From Planctomycetota bacterium (lineage in GTDB: Bacteria > Planctomycetota > SZUA-567 > H5-PLA8), in contig JAKLKQ010000036.1 in NCBI GenBank assembly GCA_023150555.1, forward strand, positions 2,196-66,195: a DNA stretch of 64,000 nucleotides. The letters run 5' to 3'. A program made the position numbers and the translations under genes. The first letter of the stretch is position 1. Each line of letters opens with the position of its first letter. This document shows positions 1 through 10,188 of the stretch, one piece after another. The notes below the pieces were generated by a model that made no database searches, was not told where the DNA came from, and saw only the letters and a program-made list of their open reading frames with translations.

Positions 1-114
1 GTCCTCGGTCGCCGCGTAGGGCTTGGGCTTCTCGTCTTCCGCTTGCACGCGCGGGCCCAACCAGGCCGAGGCCAGCAGCAGAGCTATCACGAACCGGAGC
101 TTGGAATGTGCCAT
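1..114 (-). CDS. 5' end of an exported protein running off the window (MAHSKLRFVIALLLASAWLGPRVQAEDEKPKPYAATED...)
   Basis: ATG at 114, open frame to position 1, Sec-type signal peptide ending VQA; not in the supplied ORF track. Confidence 0.7.
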   Translation of the reverse strand, partial: MAHSKLRFVIALLLASAWLGPRVQAEDEKPKPYAATED

Positions 115-288
115 GAATCGATGCCCTTTCGCCGGGGCGATGCTACGGTTCGCGGCGCGCGCTTTCAAGCCTTCCCAGCTCCTTTACCGGACGCCTCGAG
201 AATGGAGGCATTCGAGGAATCCGAAAACAAAACGGGCGGCCTGTGAGCAGGCCGCCCGCGTCGATCGCAGCGCAATCCGAGGCGTCCT

Positions 289-2091
289 TTAGAACTTCGC
301 ACGAATCTCGAAGCGCACGCCGCTGAGGTCCTCGATGTTGTCGCGGTGCGCGTACATCGCGTCCATGCGCAGGATCCACGACTTGTCGATGGGGATCTGG
401 TAGCGGAAACCGACGCCGAACTCGTCGCCTTTCTGCGCAAGCTTCGGATCGTTGTCCTCGGCCTGCCAGGTGCCGACGTAGCCGAGTTCCAGGATCACCT
501 GCTGGTCGAGATTGAAGAGGTATTGTGCGCCAACCGCCGCGCCGAAGGTGTTGTTGGCGGTGTCGTTGAGCTGCGGGTAGCCGGTCAGCGCGTCGGTCTC
601 GAACAGGATGCCGGTGTTGAACAGCAGGCCGCCGGTGGTGCGCGCCAGGGCCTGGGGCTTGTTGTAGCCGAAGAAGGCGTTGACGTAGGGCACCAGGACG
701 AGCGGCTTGTGCGAGATGAAGCTGTTCTCCAGCAGCACCACGAAGCCGTCGGCGGTGCGCTTCTGCTTCTCCTCGTCCTGCCCGAAGCTGCCGATCACGC
801 GGATGCTGTTGGAGACCATGTTGAAGTAGCGGCGCGTGAAGCTGACGGCCATGCTGTGGTGGCTGAGGTCCCCGGCCTTGCCCGTGCCCTGCACGTAGGC
901 GTAGCCGACTTCCCAGTAACCTTCCAAGGCGTCCATGAAAACATTGGCGCCGTAGATGTGCGAGCTGTGGTCGGCCTGCTTCTCGACGCCCGGCCCGGCG
1001 GGCTCGGTGATGCCGGCGTTGGTGACCTTGTCGAAGCCGGCGAAGAGCGTCACGTCCATGTTGCTGATGCCCCAGTGTTTGCTCTGCTGGGCATAGACGG
1101 GCGTGACCGCGAAGCCCCAGAAGGCGTCGTTGAGCCAGGTGCCGTTGTGGAAGATCAGGGGCACCAGGCCGCCCGCAATCGGGATGTCGAAGGGCGCGGC
1201 GCTGTTCTTGGCTCCGCCGACGATGCTCCCCAGATCGCCTTCGAAGTAACCGGTTTCGAAAACATCGTCGACGCTATCCGGCAACTGAAGATCGAACTCG
1301 TCGTCGGGCTCCTCGCCCGAGAACTTGAAGGTGGTGAAGTCATTCTGCCTGCGCAGCGGTTCGATGAATGCGTGGATGCGTTCCGTGCCGGTGATCTTGA
1401 GGTCGACGTCCAGGTTCAGGCGCGTGGCGGCCAGGCCCTGCTCCTTGGCGCCGTTGTCGTTGTACGCGACGGCGGTGCGCCAGTCGCCATAGACCATGAA
1501 GTGCGGGATCGTCGGGTTGGTGTCGCCGAAGAGGGTCCCCGGCTTGACCAGCGGCCCGCCGGCGAACAGGGGCCGGCCCAGCTCGATGGGCGGGCGCGTG
1601 GGCGGCACGGGCTTCTTGGCGCCGTAGATGTCCCACTGAGCCTGCGCGTCGTAGGGCTTGTTCTCGTAGGTCGGATCGCCGCGGAAGTGACCGTTGTCGT
1701 GCTGGACCAGGCTAGTTCCGGCGGGCGCCTGCGGCTCGTTTTCCTTGATCTCCGCGCTGGTTTCGCCCGGCACCGGAGGCGGGCCTTCGGCCGGCGCGTG
1801 ATCGCCTTCCTTGGGCTTGGGCTTGGCGCCCTCGTCCTTTTTGGCGTCCTTGGCATCGCCGTCGTCGGCCGCGGGAGCGCCAAGCGGCACGAAGGCGGTC
1901 GAAGTGGGCTTGGTTTCCTGAACCGCGGCGGGTTCGGCGGCCTGGTCCTTGTTGCCCTGGCCGGCCTTGGCGATCTGCGCCTTGAGGGCCTGGACCTCGG
2001 CGTCGGTGACGGTCTGCTCGGCGCAAGCGTCACCGGCCGCCAGCAGCGCGGCGGCACCCAGCAGGCAGAGAAGGGTTCGCGTGTTCATCAC
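289..2091 (-). CDS. Secreted protein, probable outer-membrane beta-barrel
   Basis: Signal peptide, low-complexity linker, amphipathic aromatic-rich strands, C-terminal GVRFEIRAKF ending in Phe; overlaps the cytochrome stop by 4 nt. Confidence 0.6.
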   Translation of the reverse strand: MMNTRTLLCLLGAAALLAAGDACAEQTVTDAEVQALKAQIAKAGQGNKDQAAEPAAVQETKPTSTAFVPLGAPAADDGDAKDAKKDEGAKPKPKEGDHAPAEGPPPVPGETSAEIKENEPQAPAGTSLVQHDNGHFRGDPTYENKPYDAQAQWDIYGAKKPVPPTRPPIELGRPLFAGGPLVKPGTLFGDTNPTIPHFMVYGDWRTAVAYNDNGAKEQGLAATRLNLDVDLKITGTERIHAFIEPLRRQNDFTTFKFSGEEPDDEFDLQLPDSVDDVFETGYFEGDLGSIVGGAKNSAAPFDIPIAGGLVPLIFHNGTWLNDAFWGFAVTPVYAQQSKHWGISNMDVTLFAGFDKVTNAGITEPAGPGVEKQADHSSHIYGANVFMDALEGYWEVGYAYVQGTGKAGDLSHHSMAVSFTRRYFNMVSNSIRVIGSFGQDEEKQKRTADGFVVLLENSFISHKPLVLVPYVNAFFGYNKPQALARTTGGLLFNTGILFETDALTGYPQLNDTANNTFGAAVGAQYLFNLDQQVILELGYVGTWQAEDNDPKLAQKGDEFGVGFRYQIPIDKSWILRMDAMYAHRDNIEDLSGVRFEIRAKF

Positions 2092-4118
2092 GGTTTCGCC
2101 TTGACCTCGAACTCGACGGTATAGGGATGGATATCAATCATCCACTCGTTCATGGCGCGTTCCATCTCGGACGTCGCTCCGCAGAACTTCATGAAGTAGA
2201 TGGGCTCGGCGCGGCTGCGCAGGCGCGCGGAGAGCCGGTACTTGCCGGGCTTCTTGAGCAGCTTTCCGGGGACTTCGTAGTCGGCGTTCTTCTTGGACAG
2301 GGGCGGGATGCTGCGCTGCTCCATGCGCGCGCCGAAGGGATGGTTCAGCACGCTGGTCGGCTGGGGCTGCGGGCGGACGAAGAAGAGCTGGTCGTTGTCG
2401 AGGTTCACCGGCAGGTACATCTCGCGGTCGGTGCCCTTGACGTTCTGGATCAGGAACTTCGTCTGCAGGTTGAACAGCTGCGCATCATGGGGCATCTTGT
2501 TGGCGCGCACGTCCAGCGAGTGCAGGTCGCACATGTCGCCGTGGCTATCGACATACCCCGACTCCCAGATGTTCTTGCCGTCCGGATCGGTCAGCGCCAC
2601 GTTGAGCCAGATCTCGGGCTGCGCGCCCAGCGAACCCGACGGCAGGTTGTGGCCCTTGTCGGTGTTGTGGACCTCGTAGGTGAACTTCAAATCCTTGCCT
2701 GCGGTCGGCGCGTCCTTCTTGAAGAGCGGCCCGACGAGCTTGCTGCCGTTTTCCATGACCTGGATGCGCAGGCGCCTGCGTTCTTCCATCTTCGCCAGGT
2801 TGGATTCGACGATCTCCCAGGCCTCGATGCGGTCGTCGACGCTGGACCATTCCTGCGGGAACTCGACCTTGGCCTCGCCGGCCTTGACCTTGGCCTCGAA
2901 GTCCTTGCTGCCCCACTTGTCGCGGTAATTGAAACGCATCCACGACTCGATCGAGAACTTCCCGGCGTCCTTATGGTGCGGGAAGATGCCCGGATGCGCG
3001 ATCGGATAGCCGGGGCCGTAGAAGCCGTGGTTGCTGTGCTTGGCGTCGGGCTTGATCTTCTGGTCGCCGATCACGGCGATGGGCCCGGTCGCGAACCCGT
3101 GCGCCACGCCCGGCGTGTGGCCCATGTGGCAGTCCTGGCAGCGAATGCCTTCGCGGCGTGCCGGCGAAGCGCGGTACTGGTCCCAGACCACCTCAAGCTT
3201 GATGCCCGGGCCCGGATCCAGCGCGACCTGGTGGCAGGAGACGCAGAAGTCCGACGTGCCGATGTACTCGAACTGGATGCCCTGCTTGTGGATGCGCACG
3301 CCCTTCTCGTTGGTGTCGGTGGCGACCTTGTACTTGTCCTTGTTCTTCACCACTTCGTCGACGCCGTCGCCGGGCTGGCCGCCGTAGACGGGCTGGAAGA
3401 TGTCGCCGCGGATGACGTACCGCGCGCCGTTGACCTTGCCGTACGGAATGTTGACGCGGTGGCAGGTGACACAGGTAACGCCTTCGCGGCTGACCTGCGC
3501 GCGCTTCCACAGCGGCGCCCAGCGCGGCTCACCCATGGCCGTGCCCACCGTGGCGTGGCACTGCACGCAGAAGTGACCGACGGTGCCCTGGGAGAAGTCG
3601 TTGATGGCCTGCTCAAACTTGTGGAACATCGGCGAGATGCTGGCGTAGGCGTGGGCCGAACTGCGCCACTCGTCGTAGATCTGCTGGTGGCAGTTGGCGC
3701 ACTCGGTGGCGCTGGGGAAGTTCGCCTTGGCGAAGATCTCCACGTGCGGGTCGACGCCGGGCTTCTTCTCGTCGTAGATGGCCTTGGACTCGCGCGCCTT
3801 CTTCAGCCGGCGCAGCAGGTCGGCGCCGCCCTCCAGCAGGTCTTCGCCTTCCTTGGCGCCCTCGTCCTTTCCTCCGTCGCCGGCGGGCTTCTCGCCGTCC
3901 TTAGGTGCATCCCCTGGGGCGGCTTCGGCAGGCGCAGGCTTCTTGGCGTCGAGCAGGTCGTCGTCGGCCGGCGCGGTCTTTTCATCTTCCTTCGGCTTGG
4001 GGGTTTCGCCTTCTTCTGCCGAAGCCGCACGGCCCAGCAGAAGCAGCAGCAAAACAGCCAAGCCCAAGACCATCGCGGGCGTAGTAATCGAAACTAGAGT
4101 TTCGCGCTTCACGGACAT
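2088..4118 (-). CDS. Multiheme (5 CxxCH) c-type cytochrome, c554/c-552-like
   Basis: CANCH, CVQCH, CVTCH, CVSCH, CQDCH; N-terminal signal; GHNLPSG motif; GGAGG is absent but ATG 4118 follows an AAGGGA purine run. Confidence 0.9.
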   Translation of the reverse strand: MSVKRETLVSITTPAMVLGLAVLLLLLLGRAASAEEGETPKPKEDEKTAPADDDLLDAKKPAPAEAAPGDAPKDGEKPAGDGGKDEGAKEGEDLLEGGADLLRRLKKARESKAIYDEKKPGVDPHVEIFAKANFPSATECANCHQQIYDEWRSSAHAYASISPMFHKFEQAINDFSQGTVGHFCVQCHATVGTAMGEPRWAPLWKRAQVSREGVTCVTCHRVNIPYGKVNGARYVIRGDIFQPVYGGQPGDGVDEVVKNKDKYKVATDTNEKGVRIHKQGIQFEYIGTSDFCVSCHQVALDPGPGIKLEVVWDQYRASPARREGIRCQDCHMGHTPGVAHGFATGPIAVIGDQKIKPDAKHSNHGFYGPGYPIAHPGIFPHHKDAGKFSIESWMRFNYRDKWGSKDFEAKVKAGEAKVEFPQEWSSVDDRIEAWEIVESNLAKMEERRRLRIQVMENGSKLVGPLFKKDAPTAGKDLKFTYEVHNTDKGHNLPSGSLGAQPEIWLNVALTDPDGKNIWESGYVDSHGDMCDLHSLDVRANKMPHDAQLFNLQTKFLIQNVKGTDREMYLPVNLDNDQLFFVRPQPQPTSVLNHPFGARMEQRSIPPLSKKNADYEVPGKLLKKPGKYRLSARLRSRAEPIYFMKFCGATSEMERAMNEWMIDIHPYTVEFEVKAKP

Positions 4119-4271
4119 GGAGGCGTCCCTTCCGTGTACCTAAATCCGAGAGAAAACCTTTTAAAGCGCGCCTATAGTAGTTGGGATTCCCAAAAGTGCA
4201 ACCCAGATTTCGCCCTCCTTCGGCCCTTGTGCGTGAATTGTAATTTGTTTCATTTCTTGTGGTTATAAGAA

Positions 4272-5111
4272 TCACCCACGCGTGGTTTGGTGCCTGTAGG
4301 CGCTGGGCGTCTGGCCTGCGAGCTGTTTGAATTGGCGGGAAAAGAAAAAAACATCCGAGTACCCCAGTGCTTCGGCGACCTGCGAAATGGTAAGTGCCGA
4401 CTCTGCTAGAAGTTGCCTCGCCCTGTCAATGCGCGCTCGGACCACATAGGCCTGCGGCCCCTGCCCCATCACCTTCTTAAAGATCCGCGCGAAGTGATCG
4501 GGCCCGTAGCCGGCTTCCTGGGCCAGGGATTCCACCGAGGGCACATCGTGCGGGTGCTCCTGGATGCGGCCCACGATCTGAAGGATCGCCTCGCGGTGCA
4601 TGCGCTCGGTGGGGCCTTCGGCCAGATGCGGGCGGCTGGCGTGCGCGTCGAGGTCGCTCAACAGGCCCGACAAGAGCCTGGAAGCAACGGCCTGCGCGTC
4701 GTGGCCGCCTTCGCGCTGGCGCGTGACGATGCGCTGGGTCACAGCATTGATGTAAGCGGTGTCGGGGAAATCGAGCACCTGCGGCGGCAGTGGCTCCTTA
4801 AAGGAGCGCAGGCGCTCGCGCCCGCCGCTCGCAACGAGCAGATCGAAGTGGATGTAGTTGACGCCCAGAGGGCGGCGCGGGTCGTGGGTCGCCTCGTAGG
4901 CGTGCCCAGGCCTCGCCCACAGGCAGAATCCCGGCCGCAGTTCGTACGCCGTGCCGTCGACGGACATTCGCCCGCGCCCGGCCCACACGAACCAGAGGTC
5001 GTGGTCCTTCATATTGGCCGACCAGCGTGCGCCGATTGCCCAGCCGGGCTCGGTGCGCACCCGGCCGCAGTTGGCGGCGCGCGCGCGGATCCGCTTCCAG
5101 TCCACGAACAT
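4272..5111 (-). CDS. AraC-family transcriptional regulator
   Basis: N-terminal cupin-like domain and C-terminal double HTH (LTISQVAEALGYSDVFFFSRQFKQLAGQTPSAYR); start set at ATG 5111 to avoid overlap with the divergent gene. Confidence 0.92.
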   Translation of the reverse strand: MFVDWKRIRARAANCGRVRTEPGWAIGARWSANMKDHDLWFVWAGRGRMSVDGTAYELRPGFCLWARPGHAYEATHDPRRPLGVNYIHFDLLVASGGRERLRSFKEPLPPQVLDFPDTAYINAVTQRIVTRQREGGHDAQAVASRLLSGLLSDLDAHASRPHLAEGPTERMHREAILQIVGRIQEHPHDVPSVESLAQEAGYGPDHFARIFKKVMGQGPQAYVVRARIDRARQLLAESALTISQVAEALGYSDVFFFSRQFKQLAGQTPSAYRHQTTRG

Positions 5112-5220
5112 GGCGGGAGCATATCGGATAGATACAAACTTTTCCAGGGTCGTTCCATGGTATCTGAGCGTATTTCCTCGTATGGTGGTCGCCTGAATGC
5201 AAACCCGGAGGCCCCGCGCC

Positions 5221-6117
5221 ATGACCGCCCCCGCCGTCCCCGCTGCACCGGCCAAGGCCGGCCTGAATACGATCCGCAGCGACTACAGCGACTCCACGGG
5301 CGAGCACGACCCGCGCCTGTACCAGCCGACGGCGCTGGCCGAGACGATCCCCAGCCTGGACTCGATCGGCCCCGCCGAATGCGAGCGCTTCGCCGAGCAG
5401 GGCTACCTGAGCATCGAGAAGGCCTTCGGCGACGGCGAGATCCGCGAAGCGCTCTTCGCCGTCAGCGACCTGATCGCCGGGAAGAATCCGACTTTCGAGG
5501 GCCGCATGGTCGAGAACAAGGCCAAGGCGCGGTTGGCCGAGATGAGCGAATCCGAACGCTACGACGCGATCCGCAAACTCAGCGGTTTCTGCAAGCACGA
5601 CGCGCGCCTGGATGCGCTGTGCAGGCATCCGAAGCTCCTGGCGGTCCTGCGCAAGCTGCAGGGCGGCGAGCCCGAATGCTTCCAGGACATGGCCCTGCTG
5701 AAACCGCCGCGCATTGGACGCGAGAAGCCCTGGCACCAGGACAACGCGTACTTCAAGTACGCGCCGGGCGCGACCGTGGTGGGCGTCTGGATCGCCCTCG
5801 ACGAAGCCGGCGTCGAGAACGGCTGCATGCACATCCTGCCCGGCGGGCACCGCGCCGGCCCGCGCATCCACTTCAAGCGCCGCGACTGGCAACTGTGCGA
5901 CACCGAGATGCTGGGCGTGCCCTGCACCGCCGTGCCGCTGCCGCCTGGCGGCTGCCTGCTCTTCAACGGGCTGCTGCCCCACGGCACGCCCACCAACCAC
6001 AGCGGCAAGCGCCGCCGCGCCCTGCAGTTCCACTTTGCGCCCGCCGGTGCACTGAAGATCAGCGACGAAGAACGCCTCGCCCTGTTCGGCAGCGAAGGCA
6101 AGGACGTGGAGTGCTAG
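5221..6117 (+). CDS. Phytanoyl-CoA dioxygenase (PhyH) family Fe(II)/2OG oxygenase
   Basis: PWHQD, WIALD, NGC and distal HGT...RR motifs; divergent from the AraC gene; start may be 5197. Confidence 0.88.
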   Translation: MTAPAVPAAPAKAGLNTIRSDYSDSTGEHDPRLYQPTALAETIPSLDSIGPAECERFAEQGYLSIEKAFGDGEIREALFAVSDLIAGKNPTFEGRMVENKAKARLAEMSESERYDAIRKLSGFCKHDARLDALCRHPKLLAVLRKLQGGEPECFQDMALLKPPRIGREKPWHQDNAYFKYAPGATVVGVWIALDEAGVENGCMHILPGGHRAGPRIHFKRRDWQLCDTEMLGVPCTAVPLPPGGCLLFNGLLPHGTPTNHSGKRRRALQFHFAPAGALKISDEERLALFGSEGKDVEC

Positions 6118-6280
6118 CAGCACGTTGAGAACGCGGGATGGTCACGTTGCGAGGGATTTTGAACGGAACGAGGCGCGAGAAGTGGAGGCGTATCAGGAAG
6201 ATACGCCAAGCGTAGCGCAACGAAGATCAAGGCCAAAAGCGTCGGCGAAAACCTCACAATCAAGTGTGTCCGGCCCCTTG
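6118..6280. repeat. Degenerate, internally deleted copy of the MITE at 48729-48989
   Basis: Begins after CTAG (the PhyH stop); shares cagc.cgttga.aa, cgttgcgagggatttt, aacgaggc.cg.gaag, a hairpin unit and tcacaatc.aag with the MITE; right TIR not recognisable. Confidence 0.7.
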
Positions 6281-6552
6281 GACCGTGCGCCGGCCGGCGC
6301 CGCGGCGGTTCGGTAAACTAGGCCTATCGTGACTGAAGATCCCGCGCGCGTGGCGCCCGGTTCCCGTTATACACACCAAGGCCATTCCTTCCGTGATCCG
6401 ACGCCAGCCGCGCCCTCCTCATTAGCAGACCCAGTACAGGTGCCCCTCCCGAAATCTCTCCACCGGGTTGAAGAACCTGGGGCATTGGACGTATATTAAT
6501 AAGGATAGGGAAACCGCTTCCTGTCCGTATTCGAACCGCGAGACCGCCGCGT

Positions 6553-6975
6553 ATGGGCATGCGAATCTCCGCAGACAATCCCGCAGCCAGACACCCCGCC
6601 GAAGACGACGGACAGCCGGAATACACTTTGCGTGAATTGGAGGACGGGACGCTCTGCTTTACGCTCACCGGCGCCATGTCCCTGGAGAAACTCACCGCCG
6701 CCGGCGCGGAGATCCTGGCGGAGTGCATGCGCCGCGGATGCCGCCGGGCGGTGGCCGATGCCCGCGCCATGACGGGCGACCTGGCGATCTTCGACTGGCA
6801 CCGCCTCGCCACTGCCTTCGAACACACCTGGACGCGCACGGTCAGCCTGGCGATCGTGGACAACGCCGAACGCCTGAAGCCCGACCGTTTTCTCGAAACC
6901 ACCGCGCGCAATCGCGGCATCGACGTCATGGTCTTCTCCGATCTCGATGCCGCGCTGGCCTGGCTCCAGGATTGA
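6553..6975 (+). CDS. Hypothetical protein, STAS/SpoIIAA-like fold
   Basis: FLETTARNRGIDVMVFSDLDAALAWL C-terminus typical of small SpoIIAA-like proteins. Confidence 0.6.
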   Translation: MGMRISADNPAARHPAEDDGQPEYTLRELEDGTLCFTLTGAMSLEKLTAAGAEILAECMRRGCRRAVADARAMTGDLAIFDWHRLATAFEHTWTRTVSLAIVDNAERLKPDRFLETTARNRGIDVMVFSDLDAALAWLQD

Positions 6976-7158
6976 TCCGCCGAATATAGCTCAATTGGGC
7001 CGGCGCCATAGGTGCAACAAATGACCCATGTGCGTCATAACTTGTGCAATATTGTTTATTTGCAGCGAATTTGCCGCTTCCTTGTTATCCCAAAGGTATA
7101 ATGAATCCGATAAGAGTATACTGAATCGACGTTCCCCCCAATTGTACAAGGCCCCTAG

Positions 7159-9444
7159 ATGACCGATTCCGACCGCGAGTCCGGCAAAGGCATCTCGACC
7201 CGGCGAGGGGCGCTTCGAGTCTACATCGTGGCTGTAGTTCTAGCTCTTACCCCCGTGGCCTTGCTCTGCTTTTACGGCTGGCGCATGGCCAGCGACGCGC
7301 TGGTCGATCTAGTGGCACAGAACAACCTGGCCGCCGCAACCACCACCAAGAAGATGATCGAGACCGAGTTCGCACTGCGCACAAAGCACCTTCAGAGTTT
7401 CGCGGAAGGTTCCCTCATGGTCAACGCGGTGCTGGCCCGCGACGAGGAGGCGGCGCGCGGGCGCCTCGAACTGCTGGTCTCGGGCTCGATTCGCGTGGAC
7501 CGCGCCTTCGTTACGGATCCGGACGGCCGCCTGTGGAGCGATTTCCCCAGGGCCCCCGAATCCCTGGGCAAGAACTTCGCGGACCGCGACTGGTTCAAGG
7601 GTATTTCAAGCAACTGGCAGCCCTACGTCTCGAACGTCTACCGGCGCAACGCCGAGGCCAATCCGCTCCTGGTTGCAATCGCCGCGCCGATATTTGATCC
7701 GAAGGACCACCGGGTGGCCGGCTGCCTGGTCACACAGATCCGCCTCGAGGGAATCGCCTCCATATTCCGCAGCGTGGAGGTCGGCAAAGGCGGCCACGTC
7801 CTGCTGCTGGATCACACCGGAGCGGTGATCACACATCCGAAGGTAGACCTGCAGGCCCGCCGCTACGACGAATACGCCGCGAGCAGTCCGGTTCTGAGCG
7901 CACAGCGCGGCGAGATCCGGAACCTCCAGTACACGGACCCCATCAGCAACGAGGAAATGCTCGCGGCCGCCCTGCCCTGCCACGTCGCGGGCAGCACCTG
8001 GACCGTCATTGCGCAGCAGCCAATCTCGGAAGCCATCCGTCCTGTGCGCCTGCTGGCCCTCGAGATCGGCGCGGCCGGCGCGTTCCTGGCGATCCTGGGC
8101 GTGGTCCTCTTCTCCGGACTGGCCAAGTACCACCGCCGTACCCAGCGCCTGGGCACCGAACTGGCCGCAGCCAACCGCGACCTGCTGGCCGAAATCGACA
8201 AGCACAGGCTGACCGCGGAAGAACTACGCAAGGCCAGTGACGAGTTGGAGGACCGGGTCGCGCAGCGCACCCAGGAACTGCAGGCCACCCGCGACCAGCT
8301 GATCCAGGCCCAGAAGATGGAAGCCATCGGGCGCCTCGCAGGCGGCGTGGCCCACGACTTCAACAACCTCCTCACCATCATCCTCGGCTACAGCGAACTG
8401 ATCCTGGCCGACTGGCCCAACTCGGATCCGAAACGCAAGCAACTCGACGAGATCCGGAAGGCCGGCGAGCGTGCCCGTGCACTGACCCGGCAACTGCTGG
8501 CCTTCAGCCGCAAACAGGTGCTGAATCCGGTGATCCTGGACTTCAACGCGCAGGTCAAGCACATGCACCAGATGCTTGCGCGGCTGATCGGCGAGGACGT
8601 CGAACTGGTTACGAACCTCGCACCGGACCTGGCGCGCGTGGTCTTCGATCCGACGCAGGTCGAGCAGATTCTGCTCAACCTCGCCGTCAACGCCCGCGAC
8701 GCCATGCCTCACGGCGGACGCCTGACCATCGAGACCGCCAACAAGTACCTCGAGGAGGACTACTGCCGCGTACACGAAGGCATTCAGCCCGGCGCCTACG
8801 TGGTCCTGACCGTCACCGATACCGGCGAGGGCATGTCCAAGGAAACCAGGCTCCACATTTTCGAGCCGTTCTTCACGACCAAGGAAAAGGGGCGCGGCAC
8901 GGGCCTGGGCCTGAGCACCGTCTACGGCATCGTGCAGCAGAGCGGCGGGCACATCTGGGTCTACAGCGAGCCCGGACAGGGCGCCACCTTTAAGATCTTC
9001 CTGCCCGCCACCGAGGCGCCCGCCGCAAAAGCCTCGCGCGCGGCCCTGCCGGCTGTGCGCCGCGGCAGCGCCACGATCCTCGTCGCCGAGGACGACCATG
9101 ACGTGCGCGCCCTGATCTGCACCGTCCTGAAAGGCAACGGATACCACGTGCTGGATGGCGGCGGCCCCGAAGGAACCCTGGCCCTCAGCCGCGGGTATGC
9201 CGACGCGATCCATCTGCTGCTGACCGACGTCGTAATGCCGCAAATGAGCGGGCGGCAACTGGCCGAGACGCTGAAGGCCGAACGCCCGGACCTGAAGGTG
9301 CTGTACATGTCCGGCTACACCGACAACGCCATCGTACATCGCGGCGTACTCGAACCCGGAACCGAGTTCATCGAAAAGCCCGTCCAACCCGATTCCCTGC
9401 TGCGCAAGGTCCAGGAAGTACTCGACAAGGATTCGCCCGCTTAA
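7159..9444 (+). CDS. Hybrid sensor histidine kinase (dCache sensor, HisKA, HATPase, receiver)
   Basis: Two TM segments around a Cache domain (FADRDWF, PYVS); AHDFNNLL H-box; NARDAM, DTGEG, PFFTTK, GTGLGL; receiver TDVVMP...KP. Confidence 0.95.
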   Translation: MTDSDRESGKGISTRRGALRVYIVAVVLALTPVALLCFYGWRMASDALVDLVAQNNLAAATTTKKMIETEFALRTKHLQSFAEGSLMVNAVLARDEEAARGRLELLVSGSIRVDRAFVTDPDGRLWSDFPRAPESLGKNFADRDWFKGISSNWQPYVSNVYRRNAEANPLLVAIAAPIFDPKDHRVAGCLVTQIRLEGIASIFRSVEVGKGGHVLLLDHTGAVITHPKVDLQARRYDEYAASSPVLSAQRGEIRNLQYTDPISNEEMLAAALPCHVAGSTWTVIAQQPISEAIRPVRLLALEIGAAGAFLAILGVVLFSGLAKYHRRTQRLGTELAAANRDLLAEIDKHRLTAEELRKASDELEDRVAQRTQELQATRDQLIQAQKMEAIGRLAGGVAHDFNNLLTIILGYSELILADWPNSDPKRKQLDEIRKAGERARALTRQLLAFSRKQVLNPVILDFNAQVKHMHQMLARLIGEDVELVTNLAPDLARVVFDPTQVEQILLNLAVNARDAMPHGGRLTIETANKYLEEDYCRVHEGIQPGAYVVLTVTDTGEGMSKETRLHIFEPFFTTKEKGRGTGLGLSTVYGIVQQSGGHIWVYSEPGQGATFKIFLPATEAPAAKASRAALPAVRRGSATILVAEDDHDVRALICTVLKGNGYHVLDGGGPEGTLALSRGYADAIHLLLTDVVMPQMSGRQLAETLKAERPDLKVLYMSGYTDNAIVHRGVLEPGTEFIEKPVQPDSLLRKVQEVLDKDSPA

Positions 9445-9465
9445 GGCGCCGCCGGGCCAGAACGC

Positions 9466-9498
9466 AAAACGGGGCAGGCCGTTCAAGGGCCTGCCCCG
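9466..9498 (-). terminator. Rho-independent terminator between convergent genes
   Basis: 11-bp stem cggggcaggcc / ggcctgccccg with an AAAA run on the left (U-tract on the minus strand). Confidence 0.65.
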
Positions 9499-9528
9499 CT
9501 CCTTAGTAAGCGCAGTGGCTTCGCACGG

Positions 9529-10188
9529 CTAGACTTCGTAGCGCATGGCCTCGGCGGGTTCGATTTTGGCCGCCAAAAGCACCGGGATGACCGCGCTGAC
9601 CAGCGAGACGCCCAGCGAAACGGCCACGCTCATCCACAGCAGGTACCACGCGTCGCCGAATCCGAAGACGCGCCACAGGTCGCCGCCCAGCTGCGCGAAG
9701 AAGAGCACCACCGTTCCGAAGACGCCCAGCAAGCCGCCGATCAGCCCGCCCAGCGCACCCAACAGCAGCATCTCGAGCAGGAACAGTTCGACGATGTGCA
9801 GCCCGCGCGCGCCCAAGCACTTCAGCGTGCCGATCTCCTTGATGCGTTCGGTGACCGAGAGCAGCACGGCGTTGGTGATGCCGGTGACGGCGATCAGCAA
9901 CGCCACGGCGATCCACCAGCGCCGGAAGCTCGCCGCGCCCGCCGCCGCCTCGTCGACGGTACCGCTCTGCTTGGCGGCCAGGACCTCGAGGCCGCCCATG
10001 ATCCGTTCGGTGCCCAGCAGCACGGCCAGGAACGCGATCGCGAAAGAGATCCCCAGAATCACAACCAGCATGCGCCCGACGCGCAGCAGCAGGGACTGCA
10101 GGCTGAACGCCAGCGCCTCGCGCAGGGGCAGCTGCGAGCGGCCGATCGTCTCGGCGGGCTTGGCGGGCGTGGAAGGTGGGGCGCTCAC
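9529..10188 (-). CDS. Small FtsX-like ABC permease
   Basis: [17 protein letters not shown] and PAEAMRYE motifs; 4 TM helices, no large periplasmic domain. Confidence 0.85.
   Translation of the reverse strand: MSAPPSTPAKPAETIGRSQLPLREALAFSLQSLLLRVGRMLVVILGISFAIAFLAVLLGTERIMGGLEVLAAKQSGTVDEAAAGAASFRRWWIAVALLIAVTGITNAVLLSVTERIKEIGTLKCLGARGLHIVELFLLEMLLLGALGGLIGGLLGVFGTVVLFFAQLGGDLWRVFGFGDAWYLLWMSVAVSLGVSLVSAVIPVLLAAKIEPAEAMRYEV

Noticed and set aside
346-4097. Long plus-strand ORFs 346-2124 and 2127-4097, and similar antisense ORFs elsewhere (13455-16724, 31984-34389, 41379-43661, 59483-61888)
   Set aside because: Mirror frames of real genes caused by high GC3; no motifs of their own
5729-5739. 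CCCTGGCACCA identical to the tRNA-Phe 3' end (possible att site)
   Set aside because: Only 11 nt, encodes the conserved PWHQ motif of PhyH, and no integrase is present
6125-6316. 63-aa ORF after PhyH
   Set aside because: TTG start inside the repeat remnant, no RBS
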